Positions 13,129-25,030 of a stretch of 64,000 nucleotides of DNA are shown one piece after another. The translations under genes were made by a program, and so were the position numbers. Origin of the DNA: Takakia lepidozioides (taxonomy: Eukaryota > Plantae > Bryophyta); assembly GCA_030704615.1 (NCBI GenBank), contig CM060733.1:28520001-28584000 (forward strand), read 5' to 3'. The stretch's first letter is position 1. Every line of letters begins with the position of its first letter. The notes below the pieces were generated by a model. That model saw only the letters and a program-made list of their open reading frames with translations. It was not told the origin of the DNA and searched no databases.

Positions 13129-14135
13129 ATGGCCGACACAAACAATGTGGAGATGGAGACTGCATCGCAGAACTCGGGAAGAGGTCGTGGGAGGGGTGCA
13201 AGGGGAGGAAGAGGGGGAAGAGGAGGAAATAATGCTCGTATGAGACACGGTAATTGGGAGCACAGCGAGGTACTCGCGCTCATCAAGTGCAAACATCTGG
13301 AATACACACGAAGGAACAGGTGGATCCTCGGCCTGCTATTCAACGATGGGATAAGATTGCGGAGGAAGTTCAGATTATTACCAAAGCCAGAATGGAGCGT
13401 AATGGCAAAATGTGCAAGGACAAATGGAATGGCTTAAACTCGGATTACAAGAAAATATCCGATTATCACAAGGGAACAGGCCACCATACATCGTACTGGG
13501 ATATGGTTACTGCAGAGCGGGACAAATCTCATCTCCCTAGGCAGTTCAACATGGAGTATTACCATGCGATTGAAGCGTTTCAAGGGGAACGTATCATAAA
13601 TGCTCCAGTTCATGTCCGTGATGTCCATGCAGATGGAGACGGAAATTATGTGGCACCACAGACCGAAGCATGTGATGAAGAAGATCAAGATTCGGTCCCG
13701 ACACCCATAAGCGATGATCATGTGCCTGCACCTCAATTTGCTGATACTCCCAACACTCTACCAACGACTCCAATGTGTGGCAGTATAGGTGTTAAACGGA
13801 AGAGAACAAGCGTATTTTCGCTTGTCATTGAATCAAGTGATAAAAACAGCAAGGTGTTGGTTGATGCAATGGAGCGAATCAACGCCACCCAGCTCGATAT
13901 TGAAGATTGACGCGGCAAGGCACAGGCACAGACATCCAAAGACCACCTATTGTACATGAAAGCAAGAGACAAGAAATTTCGTAGGACCAGCAAAACCATG
14001 GTTCAAGTATTGTCTAATCTAAGCATCGCTACGTGTCATGCATTTATCCAAGATAGAGCTCTCATGCCGGCACAGTTCAATCTCAATGATGCTTCATCTG
14101 ACGAAGAGGTTCTAGCACATGATCCCGTCCTTTGA
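13129..14135 (+). pseudogene. Harbinger Myb/SANT (trihelix-like) DNA-binding protein, frameshifted
   Basis: NWEHSEVLALIKCK, then a frameshift at ~13300, then RWDKIAEEV...RNGKMCKDKWNGLNSDYKKI...SYWDM...LPRQF. Premature TGA at 13908-13910, and the frame continues to 14135. RGG-rich N-terminus. Confidence 0.85.
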
Positions 14136-14332
14136 AACTGACCCGGTCTACAGCGAAGGCAGCACATGTTCCAACTATTGCCGAGTTCAGCTGCATCAAT
14201 TGTCTAGGTCTAGCATCAATTTTCTCATGCAGTTTGCTAATTCAAAATTCAAATTGTTGTCTATGTACAGGTGAACAATTTTTTGAGACTGGCTATGATT
14301 CACTGTTCAAAGCTTCAAGCCTCTATTCAATT

Positions 14333-15234
14333 TCAAACTTTACATTTGATTTCAACGTGGTCGTCTTGGTCTCCTTGCAAGACATTATCTGGTTCAGCGG
14401 CTATCCACTGCTCGTTCAGTGCTCTTGCATGAGCTACAGGGTGATTACAATCTATACGATTTTCTAGCTCCAATTGCACCATAAGATTGTCAATGTCCAG
14501 GTCCTTTCCGTCTAGCAGCATGTTATGGAGTATGCAACAGCACACTACTACGTCAGGTAAGCAGTAGACGTGCAGATTTGTTTTGAGGAGCAACTCTCGG
14601 AAACATTTTTTCAGAATTCCAAAAGCGTTTTCAACTACGCTCCGTCCTCTACATAAGTGTCTGTTATATAATGCTTGCATTACAGTATGACGCACATTGG
14701 CTACCTACTTATGTGGAACCATGAGCCAGGGTAGTAACGGATACCCTTTGTTGCCAATAATATATGGTTTGATGTCACCTTCACCCCGATTCTCACTGAA
14801 ATAGTTCTTGTAAGTTTAGGGTTTAGGTTTAGGGTTTAGGGTTTAGGGTTTAGTTTTGATTCAGATTCGAGAGTCTCATGGTATGCAAGAGTCATTCACG
14901 GAGCCAGGCATTCCTATGAAAACATCTCGGAATTTCTTTCTATAGTCAACGACCGCTTGAGCTGATTCATGAAGGCTCGGGTTACTCTGAAATGCTCGAT
15001 CCATCTTGAGTCGTCATATTGAGTCATCAGGAAATGAGAAAACCATATTGTTGACCTCGCTTTCACCCAATCACCGAGGTCTCTATTCAATAACAAATCA
15101 TGCACACATGATAGTATATACTGGTGCAAGACTATGGCATTTCTCATTGTATGAATGAGGGCTAGATTCTCTTCAGAGGTCTCAAGAAATTCATCATATG
15201 GACATGGTAATTTGTCAGCTTCATAACACAACAA
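14333..15234 (-). pseudogene. Harbinger (HARBI1-like, DDE_Tnp_4) transposase, internally deleted
   Basis: Motifs DDSRWIEHFRVTR, QAVVDYRKKFRDVFIGMPGSVNDS, YIIGNKGYPLLPWLMVP, RSVVENAFGILK and CCILHN. The segment bearing the first catalytic Asp is deleted at ~14960, and telomeric repeats interrupt the gene. Confidence 0.88.
14815..14853 (+). repeat. Interstitial plant telomeric repeat, (TTTAGGG) x ~6
   Basis: tttaggg tttagg tttaggg tttaggg tttaggg tttag. Confidence 0.95.
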
Positions 15235-15899
15235 CAGGGATTCATGGACTGCATGATCAAATGGAGGAACTGAACGAGCAAAACAAGCTTAAAGGGCCTC
15301 ATTTCAATGAACACATGAAGCTGTATTCAATGTGAAAGAGTCTGAAATGAAATGGAGGACGTGAGTAGAAAAGAGACACAATCGAAATGAGAAACATGAG
15401 AGACACAATTGCATTCTGTGATGATGTTCGCTGATTGATCACAATCTCTTCTATTCAATTGCTGCTACCTCCCACGGAGAGGTGAACATCGCTAGGTTAC
15501 CAGAATTATTACGGGATTGTTAGGTGATAGGCAAGCCCATGTGTGAATATGAAGTAACTAATTCGAGGATAATAAGTAGCTATTTATCAAAAATATCCCG
15601 ACAGGTGTGAACAGGTCATAAATAACGCCTAAATCCGTGGGTAACACCTATGTACGGGATAGACTACCCCCAGGTGTGAACGTACCCTTAGTAACGGCTA
15701 GTGTAACACATACATTGATTCATGCTTTTGAGCTTTTTCTTTTCTTTTTTTTCTTTTTTTTTCGATAAAGGGGACGGAGGCCCTTTTAATCAAATCAAAT
15801 AAAAAGGGGGTTACAAAATGATGGAAAAAAATATGCTTTTGCACTAAGAGTTTTTATAGCGCCTCTCACTTTACAATAATTGGGACGTTATGGCGCACG

Positions 15900-16320
15900 C
15901 GTGAGTTGACCGGTGGGCCCCGCGCACGGACGCCCGGCTCCCCCACCCGGACCCCCCCCCCCCCCCGCCGCTGCGCGAGAGCGCCCAACCGTGCCCCCAG
16001 TTCGCCCGCCAGTCCGCTGCCCGTGAGTCTAGTTCCCCTCAGCCCGCCAAACCGCCAGTCTGTTGGCCAATCCGCTGTGCACGCCAGTCCGTTGTACCAG
16101 TCCCCGCAAGTCCATCCAACAGTCCGTTGTGCCCGTCTGCTGCCCCCAGTCTGCCAGTCTGCCAGTCCGCGCCGGTCGAAGGATCTGGATCGTCCATTAT
16201 GAGGAAACCCATCCGTGCCATCCACCCCAGTCCCTTGTGCCAGTCCCGGCCAGTCCACCCAACAGTCTGTCCGCCAGTCCGCCGCCCATGAGTCCACTTT
16301 CCTCAAAGTCCACTGATGAT
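15900..16320. repeat. GC-rich block with many CCAGTC/AGTCC motifs at the 5' end of the MULE relic
   Basis: Repeated gccagtccg/ccagtc units. Related caagtc-rich repeats recur at ~18470-18900. Confidence 0.6.
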
Positions 16321-16524
16321 GCCACATCTGGACCGTCCGTTCGTAAATGCCATCTGAGCCCTCCATTTTTAGGGCATGAATTCAAACCTTATCCCTGCCG
16401 CCTGCCACTTGCCAGCTGCCGCAAACGTGCGCACTGATGCTCCTTGCACGTTGTCCATCGTGTCCAGTGTACTGCGGCGCGTTTCTTGTAGGTTCTGAAG
16501 CATGTCCTCTGTACTATACAGGGC

Positions 16525-19500
16525 ATGGACGTGGAAGTAGAAGGCGACGATATAGTGAAAACGGGAAACTGGATGATACAGCCTCTTTGACAAAGTTTGC
16601 AAACACCCAAACCAGGACCCTTCAACACGAAGCACCTCTATTGGAAGAGAGACACGCAATATGGTTATATGGGTGCACGAGTGAATGTTCAAAAGGCCTG
16701 CATACTGTGGGATAGAATTGATGACTTTCTCCTTGGAGAGGAGAGTTTGGTGGACTACCCCACTCAATTTTGGGTGATTGTCCATATTAAAGTGCAAACC
16801 CGGCATGCTAAAAGAGCCGAGAGCCAACAGTTTTCTGAACAGTATCATGTGTGCACCATCCTCATCGTCTTTTTGTAGTCTGATTGCATGTCTGTTGCCA
16901 TTTTTCATACCCACGTACTATGATTTCATGCTTCCAGAAGTCGATGGATATCGATTGTGATTTTTATGTCCAGATATCAAAGTTGTTACGGTCCAGATGA
17001 CAAGCGCACCAACAATGCGATAGTGGAGGATCCCAAACTAAAACATGGAGGACCTCTTGTGGGTGTTGGAACATCTCACCCTCATAAAGGCCCAAGGAGA
17101 AAGAAGTCGGAATATGGAGAGTCTTACAAGCGTGGCTGTCAATGCTGTTTCAAGGTCGAGCAATGCTATCTCGCCCCTGATATTTGTATCATCACGTACT
17201 ACAACAACATAGAGCAGGGAACGTCTGTTATGGGAAGTTCGCTGAGTTCAGGAACACTCGCCACGCCTATGCACCACACATTAGCGAAAGCATGGGTCAT
17301 GGAGTGTCTGTGCCGAGGCCTGTCAGTCGCTCAAATCATGATGAAACATAAAGAGCATGTCATGAACAACATCGGGTTGGGGGATGCATGGACACGGGAC
17401 GATTTTTTGTTGGAGCAGGCTGTGCGCAACCTGGCTGAGAAACGGGCGTGACAAACGTTCAAAAAACATGCCAACGATGCGGAGAGTGTCCGCATGTGGA
17501 AAAACCAGAACCTGAAATCGGTCTTCTTCTATCAAGAGGAGAAATTGGCGCCAACATTCGAGCACTACGATGGCGACTTAACATTCACAATCGGCATACA
17601 AACTGAGTGGCAGAAGAAGCGAATGCTTCAATTAGGCCATGCCCATATCATTGCATGCGATGCAACCTTCGGGACAAATCACCACAAGGTACTCTTCATC
17701 CCTTTCACAATTATCCGCTTGCAGAACTACTGGATGTACGCAAACTGGCAGCATCTGACATTCTGCATTTGAACAGTTCCCATTGTACACGTTGATGGTC
17801 TTCGACAAGTGGCTTAACGGTATATAGTTACGTACATCATATGTGTGCGTGAGCGGACAACAGACCTGGCGCCGTGGATGGCAGCCTTGCGGGACTCACT
17901 CCTCGCAGAAATGTCGGACTGGCACTGTTCATTGTGGACGATGTCGATGAACGCCATTACGTAGGTTTCACGTACCCTCCTATACACTGGGATGTCGCGT
18001 ACCGCAAGCACATAACTGTACATGTACTTCTCCTGTTTGTCATTCCTTATGAATCCGTGCATCTTCAGGTGAATTGCATACCATTAGTGTGTTAGCACAT
18101 GGCCTGTGAGTTCCCATATGAGCCAATCCACTCTACGCCCAGTCATTTTGTCTTTCCTCATCCTCAGTCTTGCCTTGAAGTTTCCATGGTATGCCTCAAT
18201 GCTAGCGTTTGTGTCTTGACTGGCATGCGGAACATGACGAGTTGTTGTACACCACATTATTATTTTAGGATGTCATTCTTTATCGATGTGGTCCACCTCT
18301 ACAGTACATGAGGTCTCCCATATTCTTCAGTAAGTTTGCGGAAATGATATGATCGTTGGTTTTCGCGCATGATTGCTTCATCCAAGCCCACCGGACATGC
18401 CAAAGGCACAGGAAAACAAGCACTCCTCGGAAAATAACCCTGCAAAGTTCAATATGCTCGGGTGTGATGCCAGCAAAGTCTGGGTAAGTCTACTGTCGGT
18501 CTCCTAAAGGCAAGTCCGCTGGCAGGCCAGTCCGCCGGAGAGGACTGTTCGTAAGCAGTCTGCTGCAAGACTCACGTGCGTTAGTCTGCTGCGAGGTCAG
18601 TCTGGTCCAGCAAGTCCACTGGCAAGCGAGTCCGTCGAAGGGGACTGTTTGGAAGTCTGCTGGCAACCCAGTCCACTCAGAATGCCCTCTGGCCAAGTCC
18701 GTTGCAAGACTCACTTACGCAAGTCCGCTGCGAGGTCAGCGTGGTCAAGTCTGCTGGCGGTCTCGTGATGGCAACACTCATGGCAAGTCAGAGTAGGCGA
18801 GTCTGCTAGCTGAATCGGTTGGGCAAGTCCACTGGAACAGATGGGCAGACTAGTCCACCAGAGCGTCTACTAGGTTAGTGCCCAAGTCCACCGACAAAGT
18901 CGTCTTTGAAGTCTCTCATGTGAGCAATGTCACTCTTCTATTCCATCATGGGCAACCAGCCTATGTTCTAAGCACCAATCACCCAAACACAATTTGCATT
19001 GTTTACAACCCCGGATGCAAATGGGCTTCTTGCACTTGCCCATGGGCAATGAAGGGCAATTTGTGCAAGCATCAAGTCCGAATCCTGAAGTTGATTCATC
19101 CACACTTGCATGATGGACTCATAGTGCGCACTTGTGGCATGGCGCTGGGAACCATTCATAGAGGATTGCATAATGTGTTTAGGGTTCATGCAAGTGGCAG
19201 CAACGAAGACAAAAGAGGGTCCTTCCACAGATGACTTCCCTTATGATGCGGAGCCTGTCCTCGTACCATCCTCCATGAACAAAGAATTTGCACACATACT
19301 TCGCATTGTTAGCGACGACAAATACCTGGAGAAACATGTGTTGTCTTCTCTTCGAATCTGTAGGGGGCAGCTTCTTGATATTCTCGCCAAGAGTGTTGCA
19401 TGAATGTTGCACCCTACGGCAGCAAAGAGCTTCCGTCCTGTAAATGACAACAACAATATGTCACTGAAAAGGAAACGAGATTTCGTTGAGGCATGGAAAA

Positions 19501-19613
19501 TGCGACCCAAAATCTTACGCAAAACAGGGAAAAGGGTTGATGCCCCAACACCTGCAGCACACATATACTCCATAATCCAGAGGGTTGCAGACCGTATACC
19601 AGTTGTAAAGTAG
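16525..19613 (+). pseudogene. MULE-like transposase with SWIM zinc finger (intron-containing, degraded)
   Basis: Motifs CYGPDD, SYKRGCQCCF, TRDDFL, DAESVRMW, FFYQE, FTIGIQTEWQ, IACDATFGTN (first catalytic D) and FIVDD. SWIM finger SCTCPWAMKGNLCKH at ~19030-19072. Multiple stops and frameshifts. Confidence 0.82.
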
Positions 19614-19760
19614 AGTAAAAAAATGTAGGAAATGCTACACTATCATTCTCCAGATGAAATAAAATTTCGGCGGTACGATTGCATGTGTACAAGACTTCCA
19701 ACCTGTCTGCCAACCAGTTTGCTGAACCAGTCTTGTGGCGTTTGGACCAGCCTAGTGAGC

Positions 19761-20042
19761 TGCAGACTGGTCCATCAAGATGCTTGTGTATACATGTCTT
19801 GAATCTGTAGTATGGCATGTTGTTCAAGATTACCTACCCAAGGGGCCTTGCATGATGCATGTCGTGGGATATTTACAAATGGCAAAGAGTGAAGTGACAA
19901 AATATAATGCAACTTCATTCTTTACCATTTGTAAGTAACCGAAGACATGCACCATGCAAGGCTCCTTGGGTAGGTAAGAACAACCTGCCCTACTACAGAT
20001 TCAAGATATGTTCATACAAGCACCTTGAAGGACCAGCCTGCA
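19761..20042. repeat. Long inverted repeat (foldback), ~135-bp arms with ~15-nt loop
   Basis: 19761-19895 is the imperfect reverse complement of 19912-20042 (e.g. ttacctacccaagg/ccttgggtaggtaa, tcttgaatctgtagta/tactacagattcaaga). A third, degenerate direct copy of the left arm lies at ~20461-20570. Confidence 0.9.
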
Positions 20043-20114
20043 ATTTACCAGATTTCAAACATGCAACCAAGTAATCTTCTTGGGCATGGCCATCAAAAGC
20101 TGTACATTTCATTC

Positions 20115-21170
20115 GGTTCAGATGAAAAAATCAATGAGTTCATCCCTTGGAAAAAAACCCATCAGTAGGATGAAAAAACAGTAGATAACATCCAAGGCAT
20201 CGGTTTTACATCCTAACAGGTAATTCAACATCCCAAAAAATTGTCTTATCCAGTACGGATTAAAAAAACAATAAAAAATGAATGAAAATAATAATAATAT
20301 CATGTCATTTTACATCCGGTATGGATGGAAAAATAGGATGCCAGTGGCAACCCCCATAGAGGTAATTCCTCATTCTCTGGTAACTCATCCGGTATGGATG
20401 AAAGTCAATAAAAGAATGCCCAAGAGGATTAATTGGTTGCATGCTTGGAATATGATAAACTACAGGCTGGTCCATCAAGATTTGTGTATACATATCTTGG
20501 ATATGTAATGTGGCAAGCTGTTCTTACATGCCCATGATATCTTGCATGATGCATATTTTGGGATCATTACATCTAAAGCTTCAATTTAACATGTATTGTG
20601 CAAGAGGGTCACTTGGGTACATGTTAGGAATCTGAACATGAATAAACCCCGCCCTCCCACCTTGTTTTATCATGACTGAATGGGTGTTGGCACTTGGTAT
20701 GCTATGACAAGACTGGAAGTGTTAGATGGTGCTCTGTCATGGGCCTCTCTCTCTCCCTCTCTCTCCCTCCCTCCATGGATCTGGATGGTTCTTTTAAATC
20801 CGATGGTTTAAACCCAGAGATATGTTTAATTAATCCCTAATTAACTTCCTTGTAATTTCGTCCATACCGGATGATTTGTTGATGATGAAGTCATCAGATG
20901 GTGGATTTACCTTTAACAGAATTCAGCCATACCGACTGATTTTTTACTTTACGGATGAAGTCCGAATCTGGTTAATTTCGGTTAATTACCCTACTTGGAT
21001 TTTTGGTTTATAAGGTCATGAGGTCTCTATCCTAATGAATGCCAAATGATTTTCATCCCTATCTAGATGTCGTCCCCGGCGGATGACACGGGGATGGAAA
21101 ATCGGGATTTTTTCAACCGTTTGTTGATGGATTTCATCCTGTGCGGATGAAATCGCGGGGAAACAACTTC
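20115..21170. repeat. Region rich in CATCC/GGATG mini-palindromes, likely a non-autonomous DNA transposon
   Basis: catccggtatggatg occurs twice (~20313, ~20386), with an inverted copy gtccataccggatga at ~20860. gatttcatcctgtgcggatgaaatc at ~21130. Confidence 0.5.
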
Positions 21171-22819
21171 ATCTCCTCCCTGCCCTAATTTTCTGCACGA
21201 CAATCGTGCTTAAGGTTTGCTGGAACTAAGGGATGGTGGCGGAGTGCGCATTGAGCCCGATTCAGGGCCTTTGATTACTATGGTGCTGCGTAATTAAGGT
21301 CTGCAGGGTTTCTGGCAAGATTCCAGTACTTTCTTCCTCTCTAGGGGTGCGCAATGGCGGCAGTGCCTTCAATTTCCCTATGGCAGTTGTCTCTCATGTT
21401 GGCGGGCGATCTACCTAACTTGTGATCGTTTGTTGTGCCCTTCATTGATCATTAAGATACAGCGGCGCATCTTAAGACCTCAGGGAAGTGAATGAACATA
21501 TTAAAATGCTTGGGCAATCCACTCTTTTTGTGTTTTGTTGTTTGTTGGTCTTGGGAGCCATTTTGCAGGCTTCTCTTCTGCAAACCATCAAGGTGATGGC
21601 TTGTTTATGCTCTGATTTCTTTCTATTCCTACTTTGGAATGCATGTTGTACAGCGATGGCATGCATAGAACTCACCCGCACACCCGGCGGCGTTTCGACT
21701 ATGCTACCTATCTTTGTCGTTGACCCGATGTCTACAGAATGATACCTTAGCACATGTTACGTGGACGCTCTTGGTCAGTGTGTACTGTAATTGCAATGGC
21801 TGTCAATCTCTGACTGAACACTTAGCTTTCCAGGTATATGTTCCTCTATCCTGCCCCTTTCCTAAATGAGTCGAGTGTCATCTGAGGTTAAACTTGGCCT
21901 CATTGCACAGCTCTCCCCAGTCTCATAGACTTTTGTGACTAGTATTTACTCAAATGTGCTGAATATTTCTTCCAACCATCTTGATGGATGATGGAAGGTT
22001 CGTGCCTTAGTGTGGAGTTAAGCACTCCCTTTCTATGTTCACATAGTACTAGGATCTCAATGATGGTTGACCCTGTTATTGAATCACAGAGGGTGTTGAG
22101 CAGTTATGATAAAACTTGACCTAAACTTTGACTTTGTCACATATATTCTGTCACTCTCTTATCAACACATATAACGGTGTCATCTTGTGCGTTTAGCAGC
22201 ACTGACAATAGGTGTTACCACAGGCTTCCCTCTTTACTGACTTGCAAGGGATGGTGAGGAGACTACCAGTTGATACTGTCGTTTTCATGATCAGTTGGGC
22301 ATCGGGAAATCTGCTGTTGTAAGTGATGAGTATGGTTATTGGGAGCAAGTACCACTACGATTTATGCGCACGGTGCAGATGCACTCATCCCTGGTACAAC
22401 GGTTGTAGTTTGACAAGGTCATGGAGGTAACTCTCTCTCCCCACCCTCTTCTCTGTCACCTTTGTTTGACCTAAAGCAGGCAAAGGTAGTTGGATTTAGT
22501 TGTAGAGAAGGGGTCTCTCGGCAAACGTTTCATGAGTTCATTCTCTCTCTCCCTCTCCAATACTGTCCATATCATCAGAGACAACCACATTGTCATGCCT
22601 TCCTTACGAGGGCTTGGTGCAAGGTCGAGGACAATGTGGTGAGGGCACCTCCTTCTTCGACCTATTTAAGCCTGTTTTGCCCTCTCATCAAATTCAGCCC
22701 TGAATTTGCATATTGAATTCTGTAAGTTAGCTCGTTGGGTGGATATGTGGTGGTTTAAGTGACTTTGACAAGTTATTGCCGATGTGGCAGCAGGAAAGTA
22801 CCCAAAAACAGATAACAGA

Positions 22820-23100
22820 GATGAAGAGAAGCTTTGGAATGAACACTTTTACGACCCCAGTCAATGGTGGGACAAGGGAGACAAAAAGATGCACGCCTGT
22901 TGGATTACAAATTTAAGCGGATGCAATTCAGAACTGGACTCTACTGTAAGTAGGGTTGGGGTGTTTGCTGGAAGAACTTCATGCCGTGCTGAAGGAGCGG
23001 GGATAGAGTGTGGGTCTAGATTCATCCAAGAGGGCTATGATTCCCTGTGGAAGGATAGCTACAAGAAACCCGCATGGGTTCAATTGGAAGCCAAAGCAGT
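22820..23100 (+). pseudogene. OSB-like PDF-motif fragment (organellar ssDNA-binding protein family)
   Basis: EEKLWNEHFYDPSQWWDK..K and SLWKDSYKKPAWV resemble the PDF repeat (W..FF..P..WWDNR..K..PDFKHK...LW.....P.WV). The central PDFKHK is not intact. Confidence 0.45.
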
Positions 23101-23185
23101 AGCGGCACAATTGATAAAATCAGGCACTGCTACTCAAGGCACCTTCTTCAACACATAGTTACAGTCGCTCGAGCACCGTACCGTA

Positions 23186-23291
23186 CTAGAGAATGGGCCA
23201 TGTAGGGCCGATTCTGCCCTATAAGCGGCCCTTGGGCGAGCCCTATGGCCGCACACAGAGCAGAGTCGGCCCTACACGGCCCGTTCTCTGG
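23186..23291. repeat. ~106-bp GC-rich hairpin (MITE-like foldback)
   Basis: ctagagaatgggccatgtagggccgattctgccct... pairs with ...agagcagagtcggccctacacggcccgttctctgg. Mismatches are mostly transitions. A second, weaker inverted pair lies at ~23456-23537. Confidence 0.8.
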
Positions 23292-23792
23292 CGTTAAAAG
23301 CAGGTGGTGGAATATACCTGGCGCAATCTGATTAGGCATGATTTATCCCATATCGATTGCCCAGATTCAGATGCCCGTAGTGGATATAAACGGGGGCTAG
23401 CTTCAAAGGGAAGGCGGGCGGGTCGCTGGGAGGTTGCATGTACCTGGGTAGATGCTGCCATCCGGGGTGCATAGTGCATAATTGGCCATCCCTGCCGGTT
23501 ATGCCTGCCGAATCGGCAAGTACACCCTGGGTGGCCGATTTGGCCAAATAAATTGGCTTGTGGAAAGGGCCTAATATGCCTTACCTGATTTTAACGTGAA
23601 CTCAGCTATCAAGGCACTACCTAATCATGCCTCCATTCCACTCGCCTTCCTCCATTCTAGAACATTCGCTCCCTCCATAACCTTAGTCAGCCATACTAGC
23701 CAAGTGGGCGCATGGAGCACATGCAATAGCCCTGTGGGGCTGCATGCAACTAGCCACCCTCATTCACACAAGGTGCTAGACGGCATGTTCCT

Positions 23793-24064
23793 AACTTCAT
23801 TTTCATCGGACAATCTTTTGGTAACAGACATGGCTTTGGACACTATACTCTCTAAGTCAGGTTTATCCAGCAAGGTCAAGACTTGTGGGTCCAGATTCAT
23901 ATCCTTAATAATCTCTTCTACTCTCTTATGCCAGGGCTTAGCCTGTTTGACAGGGCGGTCCTGTTTCCAGGATATAGAGTTGATTAACTTAGGATATCTG
24001 GTGTTGGACATATGTTGCAGCTGAACCCACCATCTGACTTGAATTTATCTCGTCGGGAGCTTAA
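23793..24064 (-). mobile_element. Fragment of the LINE family at 54169-58302
   Basis: Encodes NTRYPKLINSISWKQDRPVKQAK..DPQVLTLLDK, homologous to ~57475-57750. Confidence 0.95.
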
Positions 24065-24145
24065 AAGATAGCAGCACAGAAGAGAGGGACCGAGGGACAG
24101 AGAGGGACAGAGAGGGAGTGAGAGAGGGAGTGAGAAGGAGACATC

Positions 24146-24260
24146 AGAGGGCAACAAAGAAAAGAAAAGAAGGTGGGGGGGGGGGGGGGGGGGTGACTAG
24201 TAGCTGCTCAGTCCCCCCCCCCTCCCCCACATTTTTTTTTTTCCCTTTGTTGCCCCCTCT
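24146..24260. repeat. Imperfect palindrome with a G19 run and a C run
   Basis: agagggcaacaaag..gt(G)19-tgactagtagctgctcagt-(C-rich)ac..ctttgttgccccctct. Confidence 0.75.
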
Positions 24261-24264
24261 CTTG

Positions 24265-25030
24265 GGGAAACAAAAGGGACAAATCCTACCTCTGTCAGGG
24301 GCTGACGTTGGTAGTAAGACTTACCTTCACATATAGAATTAATCCGGGTTTTCCAGATATCCTCTAGAAATCCCTTCACACAATCATCAATATGTTGTGT
24401 GTGATTTGCCCAAAAACTAGGCCTCAGAAGGGGCTGGGCTTTTGACTCAGCCTCGAGACTTTCAAAGTTAGTAAACAGAGGCACATGCACAATTCTCTTG
24501 ATAGATTTGAAGAGAGCATCTCTTTGGTGATAGAACCCCGGACAGTGTATCAGAAAATGAATAATGTCTTCAAGTTGCCCACACAACGGGCAATTGCACT
24601 CTCCCTTTCCTCTCTGCTTCTGTTTGCTTATCAAAGGTAGGTTTCCTGCCCCGAGTTTAAATTTTAGTCTAGTGCCGAGAGTGGGTAGACCCTAGAGGTC
24701 ATCAAAGATGTCCTCCCCATGTCGTGCAGACTATAAACAAGTTCAGGGAAGTTTTTTGCGTAACTTCATTTTCATCGGACAATTTTCTAGTAACAAACAT
24801 GGTTTTGGACACTACACTCTCTAAGTCAGGTTTATCCAACAAGGTCAAGACTTGCGGGTCCAGATTCAGATCCTTGAGAATCTCTTCTACTCTCTTCTGC
24901 CAGGGCTTAGCCTATTTGACAAGCCGGTCCTGTTTCCAAGATATAGAGTCGATTAACTTAGGATATCTTGTATTGGACATTTGCTGCAGCTGACCCACCA
25001 GACCTTAAACTCATCTCGTCGGGAGCTTAA
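24265..25030 (-). mobile_element. 3' fragment of the same LINE family (CCHC zinc-finger region)
   Basis: Encodes KQKQRGKGECNCPLCGQLEDIIHFLIHC...KSYYQRQPLTEVG, homologous to ~57475-58240. Confidence 0.95.

Larger units (their letters stand above)
12806..15687. mobile_element. PIF/Harbinger DNA transposon (defective)
   Basis: 24-bp TIRs aggtacgttcacacttgggggtag (12806-12829) and ctacccccaggtgtgaacgtaccc (15664-15687). 3-bp flanks tca/tta. Contains convergent Myb/SANT and DDE transposase genes. Confidence 0.92.

Noticed and set aside
15866-16437. Pro-rich and Gly/Trp-rich ORFs
   Set aside because: They arise from GC-rich CCAGTC repeats and have no recognisable domain.
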